Origin: Antedon mediterranea | Lineage: Eukaryota > Animalia > Echinodermata | NCBI RefSeq assembly: GCF_964355755.1 | Contig: NC_092678.1 | Coordinates: 5,844,422 to 5,908,421 of the forward strand | DNA length: 64,000 nucleotides | Direction of reading: 5' to 3' | Part shown: in pieces, positions 26,646-40,320 of the stretch | Layout of the letters: each line of letters opens with the position of its first letter | Numbering within the stretch: the stretch's first letter is position 1 | Translations under genes and position numbers: made by a program | Notes under the pieces: model-generated | The model's input: only the letters and a program-made list of their open reading frames with translations | Databases searched by the model: none | What the model was told of the DNA's origin: nothing

Positions 26646-28432
26646 TTTCTAAAACGTTTATAAAAATCATCAGGAAATTATTAATTTATTAAGAACAGCA
26701 TTTTTAAACTTGCTTCCTACAACATGTGTCATTACTGACAAAACCAGTTAGCTGTTGGTTATCTTGTAAGATCTGTTAATTGGTTCATTATTATTGCAAT
26801 ATGTGCTTAATGGTTCAATAGAAATACGACATGCGTCTTGATTTTGCGATCATTCGGGAAAACACCCCACAATGCTGTCTAATGGAATGAATTTATATAA
26901 CTATGCTATGGATGTGCTAAGTAATTTAAAATAGGATTTACATTGTTAAAAAGAAAGATATAACATTCTCATCGGAAGGTCTGTTCAGACTTACAGAGTT
27001 ATGGTTTTACATATCGTAAGTTAAGTTAGTTTTTAAAAAAACAACAATATTTTCAAAATAAGTAGTTTTAGCAAAATTTTCTTAAGACAGACAACACATT
27101 TTCCATCCATCTATTCATTTTTATGTTAGACCTCATAATTAAAATCTATGATAAATAATATATATCATGTAAAAATTATAAATGGTAATAAATTAGTCAA
27201 AGAGAACAACCCAAGTCTAAATTTAACAATGATAATAGAGTAGATGCCTGGCCGATTTGATTGGTTGGTTGCTTAATAATATCATATTATTACCTTAGTA
27301 CGCTAATAATTATCCTTTTTGTATTGAACTAGTGTCGACGGTTAACACTAAAACTTTAGCTCCTTATTGCAGGAGATTAATTGTATACTAATATTACCCT
27401 GACATTGAAAGATGAAGGTAAAGCAGTTTTGCTGATTTGATTTGAAGTGAGAGACGATTTACATGAAGTCGGATCAAGTAAAGATTTACATGTCTAACTG
27501 AAGATTAATTTGATAAACTTACATAACCATGACGTTAAAGTTCTTGATTACATTTGTAAATCATATGGGTTTCAAACAATATGTAGATGTCATATTACCT
27601 TTGCTTCTAGCTTATGTTCACACATGGTTCACCAATGTTTAACATTATAAATGTTGCCAAAGCCATCTTCGAGTTCACATGCAAAATTGTGATTATGTAT
27701 GCATTTTTTGCCGAAAAAAATATTTACTGTGTGAACTTAAATTCAACAATTAAGTATACAGTACAAGAAGCTGATTTACAATGTCTCTATCTATTCTTGC
27801 TTTTGATAACCTATTCTAATTAGTAAATCTCGATATTCATCAGGAAAAGGCATTCTCATGCAAACTATGGCTATGGTAAAAGCGAGCTCCTAAATTACAT
27901 TCCAACTACAGACTATGGTCAATCTACCATACTTTTCTCTTTGGTATAAATCTGTTAAAACTATTTATAGTTCAATGTTAAACCATTTAACTACCATGAA
28001 TAAATTTTTCTACAGAAGAGCCATGTTTACAAATTTTAAATATGTTATTGGCATCAAATCTTTTAAGCTTCTTGCAACCAGCCAGCCAGGTCCTTCCTGG
28101 TCTAGTTTGTTCCGAGATCACATGGTTCATAATACCCAAAGGCCCGACAAACTTCCTCAACATCCTCTAAAATGTAGACAACGAATTCAGATTAGTGGCA
28201 CAATTTCAATCGGTCATATGTCTCTTACGTGTATAATTATTCCTGGTAAGAAACTCATTCCCCAGCTCCACCCAAACAACTAGACTTTGCTAATATTAGT
28301 TCCGATTTTTAATGACTAGAATATCCCCAAAGACTTCAATATTTCCACTCTAAAATGAACACAAATTCTCATATCATAACATAAGACAAATTCACTGTAC
28401 TGTATGATAAATGTTTCAATTCTAAATCTTAA

Positions 28433-28552
28433 AGCTCTGTCTACACTATCAAACTATTGTGTGATGTGCCCTAGTGATATGACGTCAACCTGTCTATATA
28501 TGGGCACATCACATTTTTGTGTCACATAAAGTTTGATAGTGTAGACAGAACA
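28433..28552. mobile_element. PIF/Harbinger-type MITE (second family)
   Basis: TAA|AGCTCTGTCTACACTATCAAACT...AGTTTGATAGTGTAGACAGAAC; related partial copies at ~39221-39308, ~46727-46818 and ~19375. Confidence 0.8.
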
Positions 28553-29931
28553 TTAATCTATACATTATTTGCTTTCTTTTTGATAATATTTCTCAAGTAC
28601 CAACTATTGAAATCGATATATATTTATAGATCTATACAGAAAGTGGAATTTCATGATTAGTGTGGTGTTACTGTCAGGTCTATTGGCGTTCAGGAGAAGA
28701 GTTAAAAGCTCCAACTATTACAATTACTTTACTTACTGGACAAAGGGAAGGTGATAAGGAAAGTTTCTACCCAACCAACAAAAATCCTATCATTATAAAA
28801 TAATGCCCTCTCCCAGTACAGTTGTGTAATTATTTACTTTATTGCAGTTTACAAGTTCAATTCGAAAGAGTTTTTCATTATTTAATATTATCATTACATG
28901 TAGATAGTTCATCATCCTGGTTCATAGTTATCAAATTTATAAAACAATACGAGAAATATATTTACTAAATCCTTGACCTGTTGGAAATCGTATCTTTCCT
29001 AATTAAACTATATTTTACGAGATAGAAATATGGGATAGTAAATGTTTACGGCCGTTACACAAACACGAAAACATGCAGGCATAGTCCTAGCTGTTTCAAT
29101 CATTCATTCATTCATAAATATTCATAAATTGTTCTACCTGATGGATTCCTATTGAAATTCAACCCCTGGGCATGGCTGACTTGAACATGAATATTTAGAT
29201 TGTAACAATATGTTATGAACCTACATTTATTGCACCATATTTATTCACTTTGAACAGTTTATTGACAATAAATTAACGTTATGTTTAAGCTTTGTTGATC
29301 ACACGAGGAAGAATGAAATTAAGATGATGGTGTAGAATAGCCAGGAAAAGGAGGCCAGGCCACTAGAAATTCAATTCAATTTAGCAGGTTTTCACAACTA
29401 TTAAATCTATCAACAATATCAAAACTCTCCCGAGTATATAGATCTTGAAATAAGTTCAAACTATTTGATTATATATCTTACCTCCTTATACATTCTGCCA
29501 AAACAAGTCATTTATATTACAATTGAAAAATGTCTATAAAAATTAATCTTCTAACTTATGCAAAATGCATAATTAAAACATAATCAAAATAACTAAAATC
29601 CTATAAATCACTACCTTCAATTTATCTGTTAGTACCACAAAACCTTTAAAAATTACTGCGGGAAGTCGCTAAATGCACATGCTAATTTATTCTTTCCTCT
29701 TGTTTTATTCAGTCGTGATTTCCTAATTTGAATTACTGATGTAAGTGCTAATGTTTTTCAAGATTTTAATATAAAAAACACCCATTAGTTAATGAGTAAA
29801 CTGCAGAGGAAATTTGATTTACGTTTGCATAATACATCATAAAATCACTCAGCATTTCATGAAGCATTTCCACAGTAAATAAAATGATTGTAGCTGTGTC
29901 CACACGCATAGAAAATAAAGTTGAGCTTGGT

Positions 29932-30223
29932 TTTCATGGCTTTAACACATTGAAACACCAGTTTTCGTCAGATCATCGAAGTTAAGCAACGTTGGGCCAA
30001 ATTGGAGCTTGGATAAAAAACACTATATGGGAATATTGAGTGATGTACATGGAGATGGGGTCCCATTAGGCATTTGAAATCAGCACTGCTGACTCTTACG
30101 GCAGCTTCTACATCTAGTATCTGCCTCAGACGTATTGGCTTATGCCTTTCCTCTGCTCAAGGGACACTGGACAAGAGAAGCCCTTGATCAATGATAGGAC
30201 CAATCATCAAGGTGCTTTAAACA
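29932..30223 (+). mobile_element. 5S rRNA-headed SINE, older 3'-truncated copy
   Basis: Diverged 5S head (TTGAAACACCAGTTTTCGTCAGATCATCGAAGTTAAGCAACGTTGGGCC) followed by the same body (GGGGTCCCATTAGGCATTTG-AATCAGCACTGCTGACTCTTA...) as 9954-10299. Confidence 0.82.
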
Positions 30224-30229
30224 ATCAGA

Positions 30230-30398
30230 TTCAGACAAATGCAAGACTAATTGTACACAACACAAGGACGTAAGCGCTCTACAGGCAATTTGACCAATCA
30301 TGACGCAATGTATCATGAGAACTGTTGCTTGTGATTGGTCAACTAACTTGCGTTAGGCCTACGTCGCTGAATTGTGTCCAAGTTGGAACTAAGCATTA
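30230..30398. mobile_element. Degenerate copy of the 18495 Harbinger-type MITE
   Basis: Shares CAAGGACGTAAG, TTGACCAATCA, GCTTGTGATTGGTCAA and CTTGCGTT motifs; TIRs eroded. Confidence 0.55.
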
Positions 30399-31073
30399 AA
30401 ACCGATCATAATCAGGTTAACAACCAAACTGTGCTTTTGATCAATCTCTACCCACTGTCTCATTTAAACGAAAAACAATTTCTTATTCAAATTAAATTTA
30501 TCAAGGAAAATAACTTTGACTATCTTCAGTGTGTTCCCCAGGCACCTTATTAACATTCAATAAACTTTTATTACAGTACTGTTTCTAGAAAAGTCATGTG
30601 AAATAAACTGGGTCACAGATTTCACCTGTTAAAAAGTGCTGTGTAAGCTATCAAACATCTATCAACAGTCTGTGCGATTCTTTATGCAATCTAAAACTAC
30701 AGTTAATACTAAGACACCTGCATTCCCGAATCTCTGGAAACTTTCAATTGTGACTCTATTTAATGTAATGTAATTATAAAAGAGGGTCAGATTGACACCT
30801 GTAAGATGTCATTAAGTACAATCTGTTGAAATGTGTGTGAATATATCATGTTGACATGGTGGAAAATGAATTATTACAAATCCAGTTTGAGAAATGCCTT
30901 TGCTATTCACACTTCTCTATATGACCTACATGTGATATTCACACTATTACATATGGCTTTCCCATGTTATCTACACTCTGGCCTGCCTATGTTTTTGCAC
31001 TCTCTTGTCTCTTGTACTGTAACATTTATCATCTATTAACGCTTACTATTTAAATTCTCATATGACATAATCC

Positions 31074-31243
31074 CCTGCTATTTACACTCTCATATATGAT
31101 ATCCGCCTGCTATTTACACTCCCATATATGATATCCGCCTGCTATTTACACTATCATATATGATATCCGCCTGCTATTTACACTATCATATGATATCTGC
31201 TTGCTATTTACACTCTCATATTATACAGTCCTGCTATTTACAC
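31074..31243. repeat. ~32-bp minisatellite (~6 copies) next to the exon 4 donor
   Basis: Unit CCTGCTATTTACACTCTCATATATGATATCCG. Confidence 0.88.
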
Positions 31244-31299
31244 TTTACAAATGCATGACCTTAATTGCAAGTCTAAATAGAATAGATATAGCCCCTTAC

Positions 31300-31412
31300 C
31301 TGTTCATCAGTGTACACCATCCACAGTATGGGTCACCAACACCGCCACCAACGCCAAGACATTCACTACATGTTGTATACTGTTCACATTCTTCAACAGG
31401 CACTTTTGTAAT
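31300..31412 (-). CDS. Plexin coding exon 4 (first PSI domain, N-terminal half)
   Basis: Not in the ORF track; translated by hand as [37 protein letters not shown](R), containing the DPYCGWC PSI motif. TATAG acceptor, AG|GTAAG donor; 113 bp, phase 0-2. Confidence 0.95.
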
Positions 31413-32414
31413 CTATAGCAGATAAAAACAAAATATATTTATTATACAGTATATATAAAAATAAAATAGAAAAAACTTTATATACAGTAGAATACCTCCA
31501 TATATATAATGTAGTAGAACACTTTCATGGAGACACCCCTATTAAGGGGACACTTTCACACGAAACAAAAGGTGAAATATATGCTTTAATTTACAAGCGA
31601 CCTCTATTAAGGGATCACTTTATAGGGTTCCGAAGGTGAATATACACATTCCTACAAACTGACACAACATATCAGATTAAATAAATATAACAAATTGTAT
31701 CATACTACTACTGTGTATTATTTTGTACTGTAAATAAATTACAACACAGCATATATTGTATTGGACAACATGTATCGGAAATAGAACAATTTAATTGTAT
31801 TTAAATTAAACACGTAATAACCAGAAATGACTTGTAAACATTTATTCGTTAGCTTGACCTCACGAACCAAAACGTCAAGCACGGTTTAATCTTAGCACAA
31901 ATTTCAACAAACGTGTTATATGTTTGGTTTAACCATTGAAACAGTTAATTACGTTCGTTCTATGATCTCATATTCGGAAGAAATAGGTCAGATGGCTTGA
32001 CCAATCAACAACTAACCTTTTTTTTTCATATCAATAATTTTTTATTTAGCTATTGTAGGAAAGAAACATAAAATTATAGTATGTCTGCAAAAAAAATGTA
32101 TTTTCATTTAATAGCGGCCTAGTTTTATTGTACATACCGATTTGTATTCTATAATGGCTAATGTTTTTGTTATATGGTCGTTGCGTGTTGTTTCTGTACA
32201 ATAGGATATATATCGGTTTATATATAAACAAGCCTAGACATGAAATTTATCCTCATAGATGTATGATAGATCCTTTTAGATTGCTTTTAAAAACAAAAAA
32301 TAATATTAGAGAGTTTGTACGTTTATTCGTCATGTTTTTTGCTGTTGTTGGCAAATTACTAGCTGTTGATACGTATGAAACAACTAAGTGACAAAACATC
32401 GGATTGGAAATGTA

Positions 32415-32561
32415 ATTTTTTTTATTTTATGTCCTTATCCGAGAAGACTTGTTCCACCACCAGAACTAGGAGCGAGTCGGCCTCGAACCCTTGCCGATGT
32501 TGTTGTTGGCTCTTTAGGTACGGTAAACGGCGCCCCTGCCTTAACCGCTCGGCCATATGAC
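32415..32561 (-). mobile_element. tRNA(Leu/Ser-like)-headed SINE, truncated
   Basis: Minus strand GTCATATGGCCGAGCGGTTAAGGC...GGGTTCGAGGCCGACT (A and B boxes), then TCTTCTCGGATAAGGAC and an A-rich end; no intact cloverleaf. Confidence 0.65.
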
Positions 32562-33296
32562 TCACTCATGAGTAATGATAATTCATTTCTTAAATTCATT
32601 TTTTACTTGCTTGCTATAACATATTTATAGAGAATATTTCTTCTAATCTACACTAAATATGGTCTTTATATGATTACTAAATACACGGATACGACAAAAC
32701 CGACAGATTTCATTTAAAGAATTAAACAGAAAATTTGATTACACTATCTTATACTAACGCTGCATTCCCTTTGCACTATGAATAATTCATGCGTTGGGGA
32801 TAAGGGATATTGATGGAATATGAAGCTTATAGACTGTTACATTGCGGTAGGAGACGGATGATGAAACAGGAAAATTCATTAGAAATTAAGTAATATATTT
32901 AGAATTTCTTATATTAATACAAATTTGTCTGATATGAAATTGCAGATTCAATTCTCAATTAAATTTTATCGATTTTCTTCAGTCTCCAAGTAGTTTGATA
33001 GAAATATCTAATTTCTTCCCAAGTAATAAATAAATGAAAGGAACATTGAGTGGTGAGTTTGAACAAGAAGAATCTGAAAAATAAGTTGTCCACAAGTTCG
33101 AGAAGGTAAACATATTTATTATTGTCCTCAAGCTTAGTGCCAAGTACTGTTAATAGAGGCTTATGATGTCACTACAAATTGTCTCTTCTAGGGCCTAAAA
33201 TACTCCTGATTGTCTCAACAAACATATAATGTAAATTTAAATTTTCTTTTTAAAATTTTCTAAGTCAAAATAGTATCCTGAAAACAAACAATTATA

Positions 33297-33537
33297 CAGT
33301 CAACTCTCCAAATACTGGACACTCTTGGACTGGTTTAACATGTCCGATTTTCCATAAATTAAATATTTCAAATATTTTGATTAATGGTAAGCATAACGGA
33401 TGAGCGCTCACTGGCAAGACCCAGAGGTCCCACAGCAAAGCAGGGTTGAGCCACTGGTTTGGTACAAAACAATTTTGGGTCGTTGGACTGGTTTTGGGAG
33501 TGTTTTCAGCAAGTCTGTCAATTAGCATAGTCGACTG
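33297..33537. mobile_element. Diverged TA-target MITE related to the 22873 family
   Basis: TA|CAGTCAACTCTCCAAATACTGGAC...AGTCGACTG|TA. Confidence 0.6.
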
Positions 33538-34872
33538 TATTTCAAAATTCATTATAATAAGTTTTAGACTCGGTGTAGACCTATATTCAAACCTACAATG
33601 TATTTAAATTACCCTTAGCTGGCAGGTACTAATGTATTTTTAAGTATTAACTGTAGGATACTGGCTCTTATCTTTAATGTATTCAACAAATGTAATTTCC
33701 AACTGATTACAAATCAAATATCCAGGAAATTTTATAATATCCTGGCAACTTTGAATATCAATATAATATTTCTTCCCTTTGGACTATTCATCATTTCTGG
33801 TTATACTGTGGATATTTTTTTTCAGGTTTCATGTCTCGGTGGAAGGCCCAATACAACTACAGCATCATACATGTCTAATAATGACTGTACACTTGTCATT
33901 TTGGACGTCCGACCTTCTAACCAGGTTACGTCAATTCATTTTTGCATATGCAGAAATTGGGGCCTGCTTTTATGGTTTCAAGATTCCGACGAAAACCGCA
34001 AATAGAAAGAACCTTACATGTTAGCCAATAAGTCTCTAGGTTAAAAGTGTACTTCAGAAAAAAAAGACCAAACACCAGCAGTGGTATAATGACTATGAGT
34101 GCTCACTGGCTAAGACAAGAACATCCCAACTACCAAAGAATATAAATAGGTAAAGAATCAACAATACGCGCTGTTATATATAGACGGATAGGAAACGCGG
34201 ACGTGCTTTCATGGACGCGTAAGAATCCAGCAGCCGAACGACGGCGGGCTCTAGATATGGTTCCCGTCTAATTCCACGTTTGGATGGATCGTGATGATCT
34301 GATGTGTTCTCGCGTCTGTGCTCTACTAATTTTGATATTAATATTTTGATAATAATTTTGATAAATAATCATCGTTTGCATTTTTATAGATAGTTTTACC
34401 TTACCCACGCCTGAAGGTGGCGCACTTCTTCTAGCGAAAAAGAAGTGCGCCACCTTCAGGCATAAGCAAATAGTAACCCGGATGTGGTTTACGCCGCCAA
34501 CGGAACTGTTGTATCTTCTCCTTTTATTATCTTTGCAACTACCCAGCGTTGGAGGGCCTTTGGGACTGCTAAACTATGGGCCACTGTCCCCCAGGCTGCG
34601 GGCTTGATAAGTATTACATTATACTGTTTTGTGAAGTTAGAATTATGCGATTTCCTTCATTCAAATGCATTATTTTTCAAGCAATCTTTCACATGACCTA
34701 AGAGCAGATATTGGCAAACCACATGCTATTTACACTTCAGCCTTGGATTTAAGGTCTATATATCCTGGATTATAAAGGTTCGGATAAGCACACTACTTTA
34801 GATGATGACACAATAAAAATGTTTTATTGATATCAGTGATCTCAATTGGATGAAGGAAATAGAAATGGTGGT

Positions 34873-35165
34873 TATAATAATAATATCCTGGATTTATATA
34901 GCGCCTAATAGCCTGTGAAACCTCTAAGCGCTGAACATTATTACCCCGGTCATTTTTTGCATCAAACACATATGGAAACATACTCCCATAATGCAGCTAG
35001 TAATCAGCGCGAAGTTGTGTCTTGATCTAACCGGGTACACATTTATACACCTGGGTGGAGAGAGGCAAACGTAAGTAAAGTATCTTGCCTAAGGATACAA
35101 GCAATGCAGCGAGAGTTGGATTCGAACTACGATCTCCAATCAGTAGTTCAACGCCCAACACACAG
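34873..35165 (-). mobile_element. tRNA-derived SINE with CORE-like body and L2-like tail
   Basis: Minus strand B box AGTTCGAATCC, then TCCTTAGGCAAGATACTTTAC...TTGCCTCTCTCCACCCAGGTGTATAAATG, tail AGCGCTTAGAG...GGCGCTATATAAATCCAGGATA(TTA)n; homologous to 5062-5307. Confidence 0.85.
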
Positions 35166-35910
35166 TTTGATGGTTCTTATATTTCACTTTTTACATTAAA
35201 TATTTTATTTCAACAAAACTTAAGTGAAATCAATCCAAACTTTTAAAATATATCAGTGTTTTAATGATATTCATTATTATTTATTATATTACTTGGAAAA
35301 TGAATTTGTCCAGACAAAGGCAGGATTTTTTAAATGTTATCAGCTGCGATCTTGTTAAGAATAAGAGAATATGATCAAATGTAATGTACAATATTTTTTT
35401 GTAGTTTTTTTTCTTTTTTTGCCATGAAATGAAATCGTATGCATTTCTGTGTTTTACAGAAAAATATAAGAATATTTTGTTTCATTTTGATTTAATTTTT
35501 AAACAAATTGAGACCTTTTACAATTAAACACACAATATTTATACAATATCCTTCTTTTCATACATTTTCCTATTTCTGGAATATCTATATTGTTTATTTT
35601 AGGACATTATACTAAAACTAAGCTTGAGTACTATCAACATTGCAGAAATTTAATACCATGCAGTTAAATTGCTACCGGCAAACTTGCTACGTATTGACAA
35701 TCATGAATACTTGGAATCACTTTTGGTGGGCTGTCTGAGGTTGAGGTAAACAATAACCCTGGAATTTCATAGCCGTCGGTCAAATATTCTAAATATATTT
35801 TTGTTATTGAAAATATTGCAGCATATGGCAAAACCTACTGCACAAACATGCTATAAGAGACTAGCATAGGAAAATCTCCATGGAAATTTACTGTGAATAT
35901 ACTTTCATTA

Positions 35911-36217
35911 AGGATATGTTCACACATAGACACTAACCGTTACTATTATCCAGATAGGAAAGTCCAAACACAGGGTGTTCGTTCACACTTACATTGCCTA
36001 AACGAGATCGCAATTTGAATAACCTATACTGATTGGCCATTTTCACACATAGACACTAACCGTTATTATTATTCAGATAGGAAAGATCTAAATAATCTAT
36101 ACTCATTGGCCAAGCAGGATTAAGCTATCCTATTGGGCGTTCTCACACAGACTGCGAGCAGTTAGGCTAACAGTTAGTTCCAGATCTGGATTAAGGTCCT
36201 CTAGTGTGAACAGGCCT
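35911..36217. mobile_element. PIF/Harbinger-type MITE with internal TTCACAC repeats
   Basis: TTA|AGGATATGTTCACAC...GTGTGAACAGGCCT|TTA; internal duplicated block CACACATAGACACTAACCGTTA. Confidence 0.65.
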
Positions 36218-37509
36218 TTAATTTATTTCAGAACAATTTATGGCAGATACCACAGGTGATGAAAGGCATGAACTAAAAAATGAAACTGGACGGGAAATGT
36301 TAGACAGATAGATACAACTGTTATAAATCATCATAAAACCCATTTGGTCACAATGTGTTTTTTAACTGTGCATTACAGTAGGTATGAATATGTGTGTAAA
36401 ACTGTTATTTTACAAGCCATTTGGGCACAAAGTTTTGTAGAACTATGCATTATATTAGAGTATATCAATTTTTCCAAAACTCATTCAGGAATATTAGCAA
36501 TTTCAACGTCTCCAAGTTATATTTTCTTTCTAAACAAAAGTCGCCAACTTTAATGAATTAAATTTAAACGTCCGCTTAATACAAAATCTTTTTTTTTTTC
36601 TAAGAAAAGAAAAATACGGTAAGCAATGCAGACAGTTCTCATATTTTTTACAAATGCAGAGTTTAAATGACTGTCCTAGATTCTGTATCATGTAATAAAA
36701 TCTTTAATTATTAGATTCCCTGCTTTGGGTTTTTTCAGAATAATCTCTTATTCCTTCAATAACTATCAATAACAATTTTGAATTTCGGTTTCATATTTCA
36801 CTTTCATTCATCAATGATAAATTTAATATTTCTGATATCAAAAGCAATGTTATTTAATTATTTTAAGAGAACAAAAATTGTGTTATTGCAAATGCTAGGA
36901 TCTGTGGGAGATAATAACGAAAATACTACTTACTTGATATCGTAAATAAAAGAAAAAAAGCAATTTTATAATTTGAGTGTGAAATGTATTCAGTTCTATA
37001 CTAATTAAGATTATTGGTGTTTGTGGCTCAGGACTCATTTTAATCCTGTATACAAACTATATCCCATGTTGACAACAAAAAGTTGGCAAACATTTGATAT
37101 TTGTAATTGCTTCCACTGTAAATAGTATATGAGGAAATGAGAAAACCAAAGATGATGTAATTTAGGTAAAATCATAATCATATGATGAATTGACAAGGTC
37201 ACCATTAGGCCACGACCTTGACCAAGTGAGGAATTCAGACTCTTGCATAACCTCAATGGTGCACCCTGGGATATAACAATTCTACAGGGCATCTTATTAT
37301 GCCAAAGAGGTTTTATATCATAGCTTTTGAATGTTCCTGGTAGGTACCTGAATTGACTTCTTCAGAATAGATAGTATCTTGGTAAACCGTAATTAGTAAG
37401 TTTTTATCCCGTTTGGATTTAGCGGGGCTTTGGAGGCTGGAGTCACCGCTACAAAATTGAAAATAGAAAGTATAGTTCATCATTGAAAATGCTCAAATTA
37501 AATAATTAT

Positions 37510-37960
37510 TTTTTATTTTTATTTTATTTTATTCAATTTCCAGGTAACATACAAAAATCATAAACAAGGTACGGCATCATTCAACAAAACAGAACAAAAG
37601 TACTATCAGCACCTGCGGGTAACCAAAAGTGGATCAGTTCAAAAGAACTGCACTGTCGAGTGGCTTTCCCAACTAATAGTACGAAAAACGCAATAGACAT
37701 AAAAACACAGTGATAGTCTAGATGAATTGAATTTAATTAAAGATTAGAAACAAAAGTGAAAAAAAGGGTCCTTAATCAAATCAAGGGTTCGATTTCCAAC
37801 TTTTGTTTGGCATGCAGGCACTGTACCATCAGACCACAGAATCTTTCTTAGCACGCTCAAATCCGATTTGATGGCAACTACTTCATTCTCAATATTGTAA
37901 AAAGCACTCGCAACCCGATTGCAGGAAAAACAGATATTTAGTTCAATGTAATAGTGGTGC
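37510..37960 (-). mobile_element. Probable 3' fragment of a CR1/L2-like LINE
   Basis: Minus strand ends in an (AATAA)n tail; the upstream peptide FSCNRVASAFYNI loosely resembles CR1 ORF2 C-termini. No RT core is visible. Confidence 0.35.
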
Positions 37961-38001
37961 AATAGAATACACATACTGTATAATACTGTATACAATTACT
38001 A

Positions 38002-38843
38002 CCGTATATTTCTGTGTATAAGTCGCACCTGTGTATAAGACGCACCCCCAACTGAGAGTAAAATATCGGTATTTTTTATATCGTCGATGTATAAGACGCA
38101 CCTTATATTTCATCAAAACAATGTTTTTTTTAATTGTAATCAATATTATTGTAATAATATATTTTGTTATATCTACAACGGCGTCCTTTATTTAGGTTTT
38201 TTTTTACCTAGGCTCGGCCGCGCCCAGCCTCAACAAGTTCTTTCTAACTTGTTATTCATGAGTTTCGCCGCAACATCGAGTGCATGACCGTGTGTGTAAC
38301 ACGCACGTGTGTGGGCTAGCCTCGCTCGATCATTTCGAGAGGGCGCACGTTTTCACGGACAATCGTATTCGATTAGTATCTATGTATCCGAGAAGTGTGT
38401 ACGCTAGGTCCATGCTATAATCACCTGGAGAATATACTAGTCGAATACCGTACACCATGTGCCACCAAAAGAAGGGCTTGCGCTTGGGGTACGGCGATCG
38501 TGCGTATAACTACTGTATAAATAAATACTATTCCAATCGTACGACGTAAACGTTTACAAATGATATTTTATCGGAGCGCCATAATGAACAAATCTTTTCA
38601 TCATATTTAGTATAACATCATGCTAAAATGACTTGAAAACTAGGCAGAAGCAGGTTGCCGTTACGTTAGTTAGTTACTGTAGCTAGGCCTAGCCTACTCA
38701 GGCCTAGAAAACGAGGTGACGATAGCCTAGGCCTATGTACAATCTGTGTGGTGAGGCATTTATGTTCGGTGTATAAGACGCACCCTTAATTTAGAGGTCA
38801 AATTTGCGTGTCAAAAGTGCGACTTATACACCGAAATATACGG
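38002..38843. mobile_element. 842-bp non-autonomous pogo/Tigger-like DNA transposon
   Basis: TA|CCGTATATTTCTGTGTATAAGTCGCAC...GTGCGACTTATACACCGAAATATACGG|TA (27-bp TIR, 1 mismatch); subterminal GTATAAGACGCACC repeats; CpG-rich interior; no transposase ORF. Confidence 0.9.
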
Positions 38844-40039
38844 TACTACCTATAGCACTACTGTATAATTAACCCAATTCTAACGTACCATCTTTCTCAT
38901 TTTCCAACAACACAAGCTGGAAACATAAGCACTAAAACACAATCATTTTACACAGCAAAAATTAATTACCTATTTAACCTAATATAATCAATCTTCTTCT
39001 ACAATAACAACTAAAATATAACAACAGACAGACAGACTTCACATTATAATAACAATTTATAACAGAAAATACAATGATAAACAGACTGACAGAACACTGG
39101 CAACAATGAACGCATATTATGCCCACCTACCTAATTAATGCATATAACGTAACCCAGATATATTTCAAAATACTAAAAGTTGAGCACAACTTCGCAGATT
39201 TCACAAAGTACTGTAACACATCTCTGTCCTCACTATCAAACTATATGTGACAAAAAATTTGATGTGCATATCACACTTTTTGTTGTCAAACTAGTTGATA
39301 GTGTAGACCCATACCCATTTGATTGGTTGATATAACATGGCATGCATTAGTTCCTCCTACTTCAACAAGTAGAAGTACTATTGCATGGTCAGCTGTTTGT
39401 AAAGCATTCTGAGCATTGCGATGCGATAGGCTGGTAAATATGACATGTGCAATCAAAATCCAACTTGTTACTATATATTGTGTGCCCTATCTATGTATAA
39501 CAATTGTTCTAAAGTATTCTGCGCAAAAATCCAAGATTTGCCTATTTCACTGACCTATAACCTTTGACATTCCAAGATGGAAGTAGCAGATTAATTGAAT
39601 AAAAGTTCATTAAATTTGTCTGTATTCAAACAATCTCAAACCTTTTATCTTCCCATTCCAGATAAAGAGTGAGGAGGGTGGGTTCTTAGCAATTAGAGAA
39701 GGAAATTAAAACGATTGATGCTAAAAAAACAATAATCAATAAATGGTAGATATCAGAACATGTGTTTAAACATTGATGTGTTTAAACATTGATGTCTGTA
39801 CCAGATTTGAACTTGTTTACGTCTCACTGAACACGTTAATTGCTCTAAATTAAATCGTGTAAAATGCGACATATTCACTTTAGATATCATAGTCCTATAT
39901 TCATTGTTATGCTTAATTCCATTAGAGAATTACATCAATTAAAAGCTGAAAGGAATCCAGTGTGGGCGATAAAGTTTATTATAGAACTAAACTCGAAAAC
40001 AATTGGTAAAAACATTAATTGTTTAAACTCTATTTACAC

Positions 40040-40320
40040 CATGTTCACATGTCTCAAACTCCTCATGAGCATCTCGACTTTATTCTTTACACGTCTCGTG
40101 GTGCTTGTGAGCTTCTCTTTCTTCATTCACATGCTTGTGAGCCTCTCACTTTTCATACCATGTTTATGGATTACTGCATGTATACTATGTCCGGTTGCTT
40201 GTGAGTCTCTCTTTATTTATACTGTGTTCGCACATATCAGGCAGCTTGTAAGCCTCTCTTTATTCATATGGTGTTCACATGTCTAATAGATTGCTTGTGA
40301 ACCCTCTTTTATTCATACAC
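40040..40320. repeat. Degenerate tandem repeat
   Basis: Recurring GCTTGTGAGCCTCTCTTTATTCATA motif, about 6 copies with variable spacing. Confidence 0.65.

Noticed and set aside
39864-40286. 140-aa hydrophobic ORF
   Set aside because: Overlaps a degenerate tandem repeat, lies antisense in an intron, and has no domain features.
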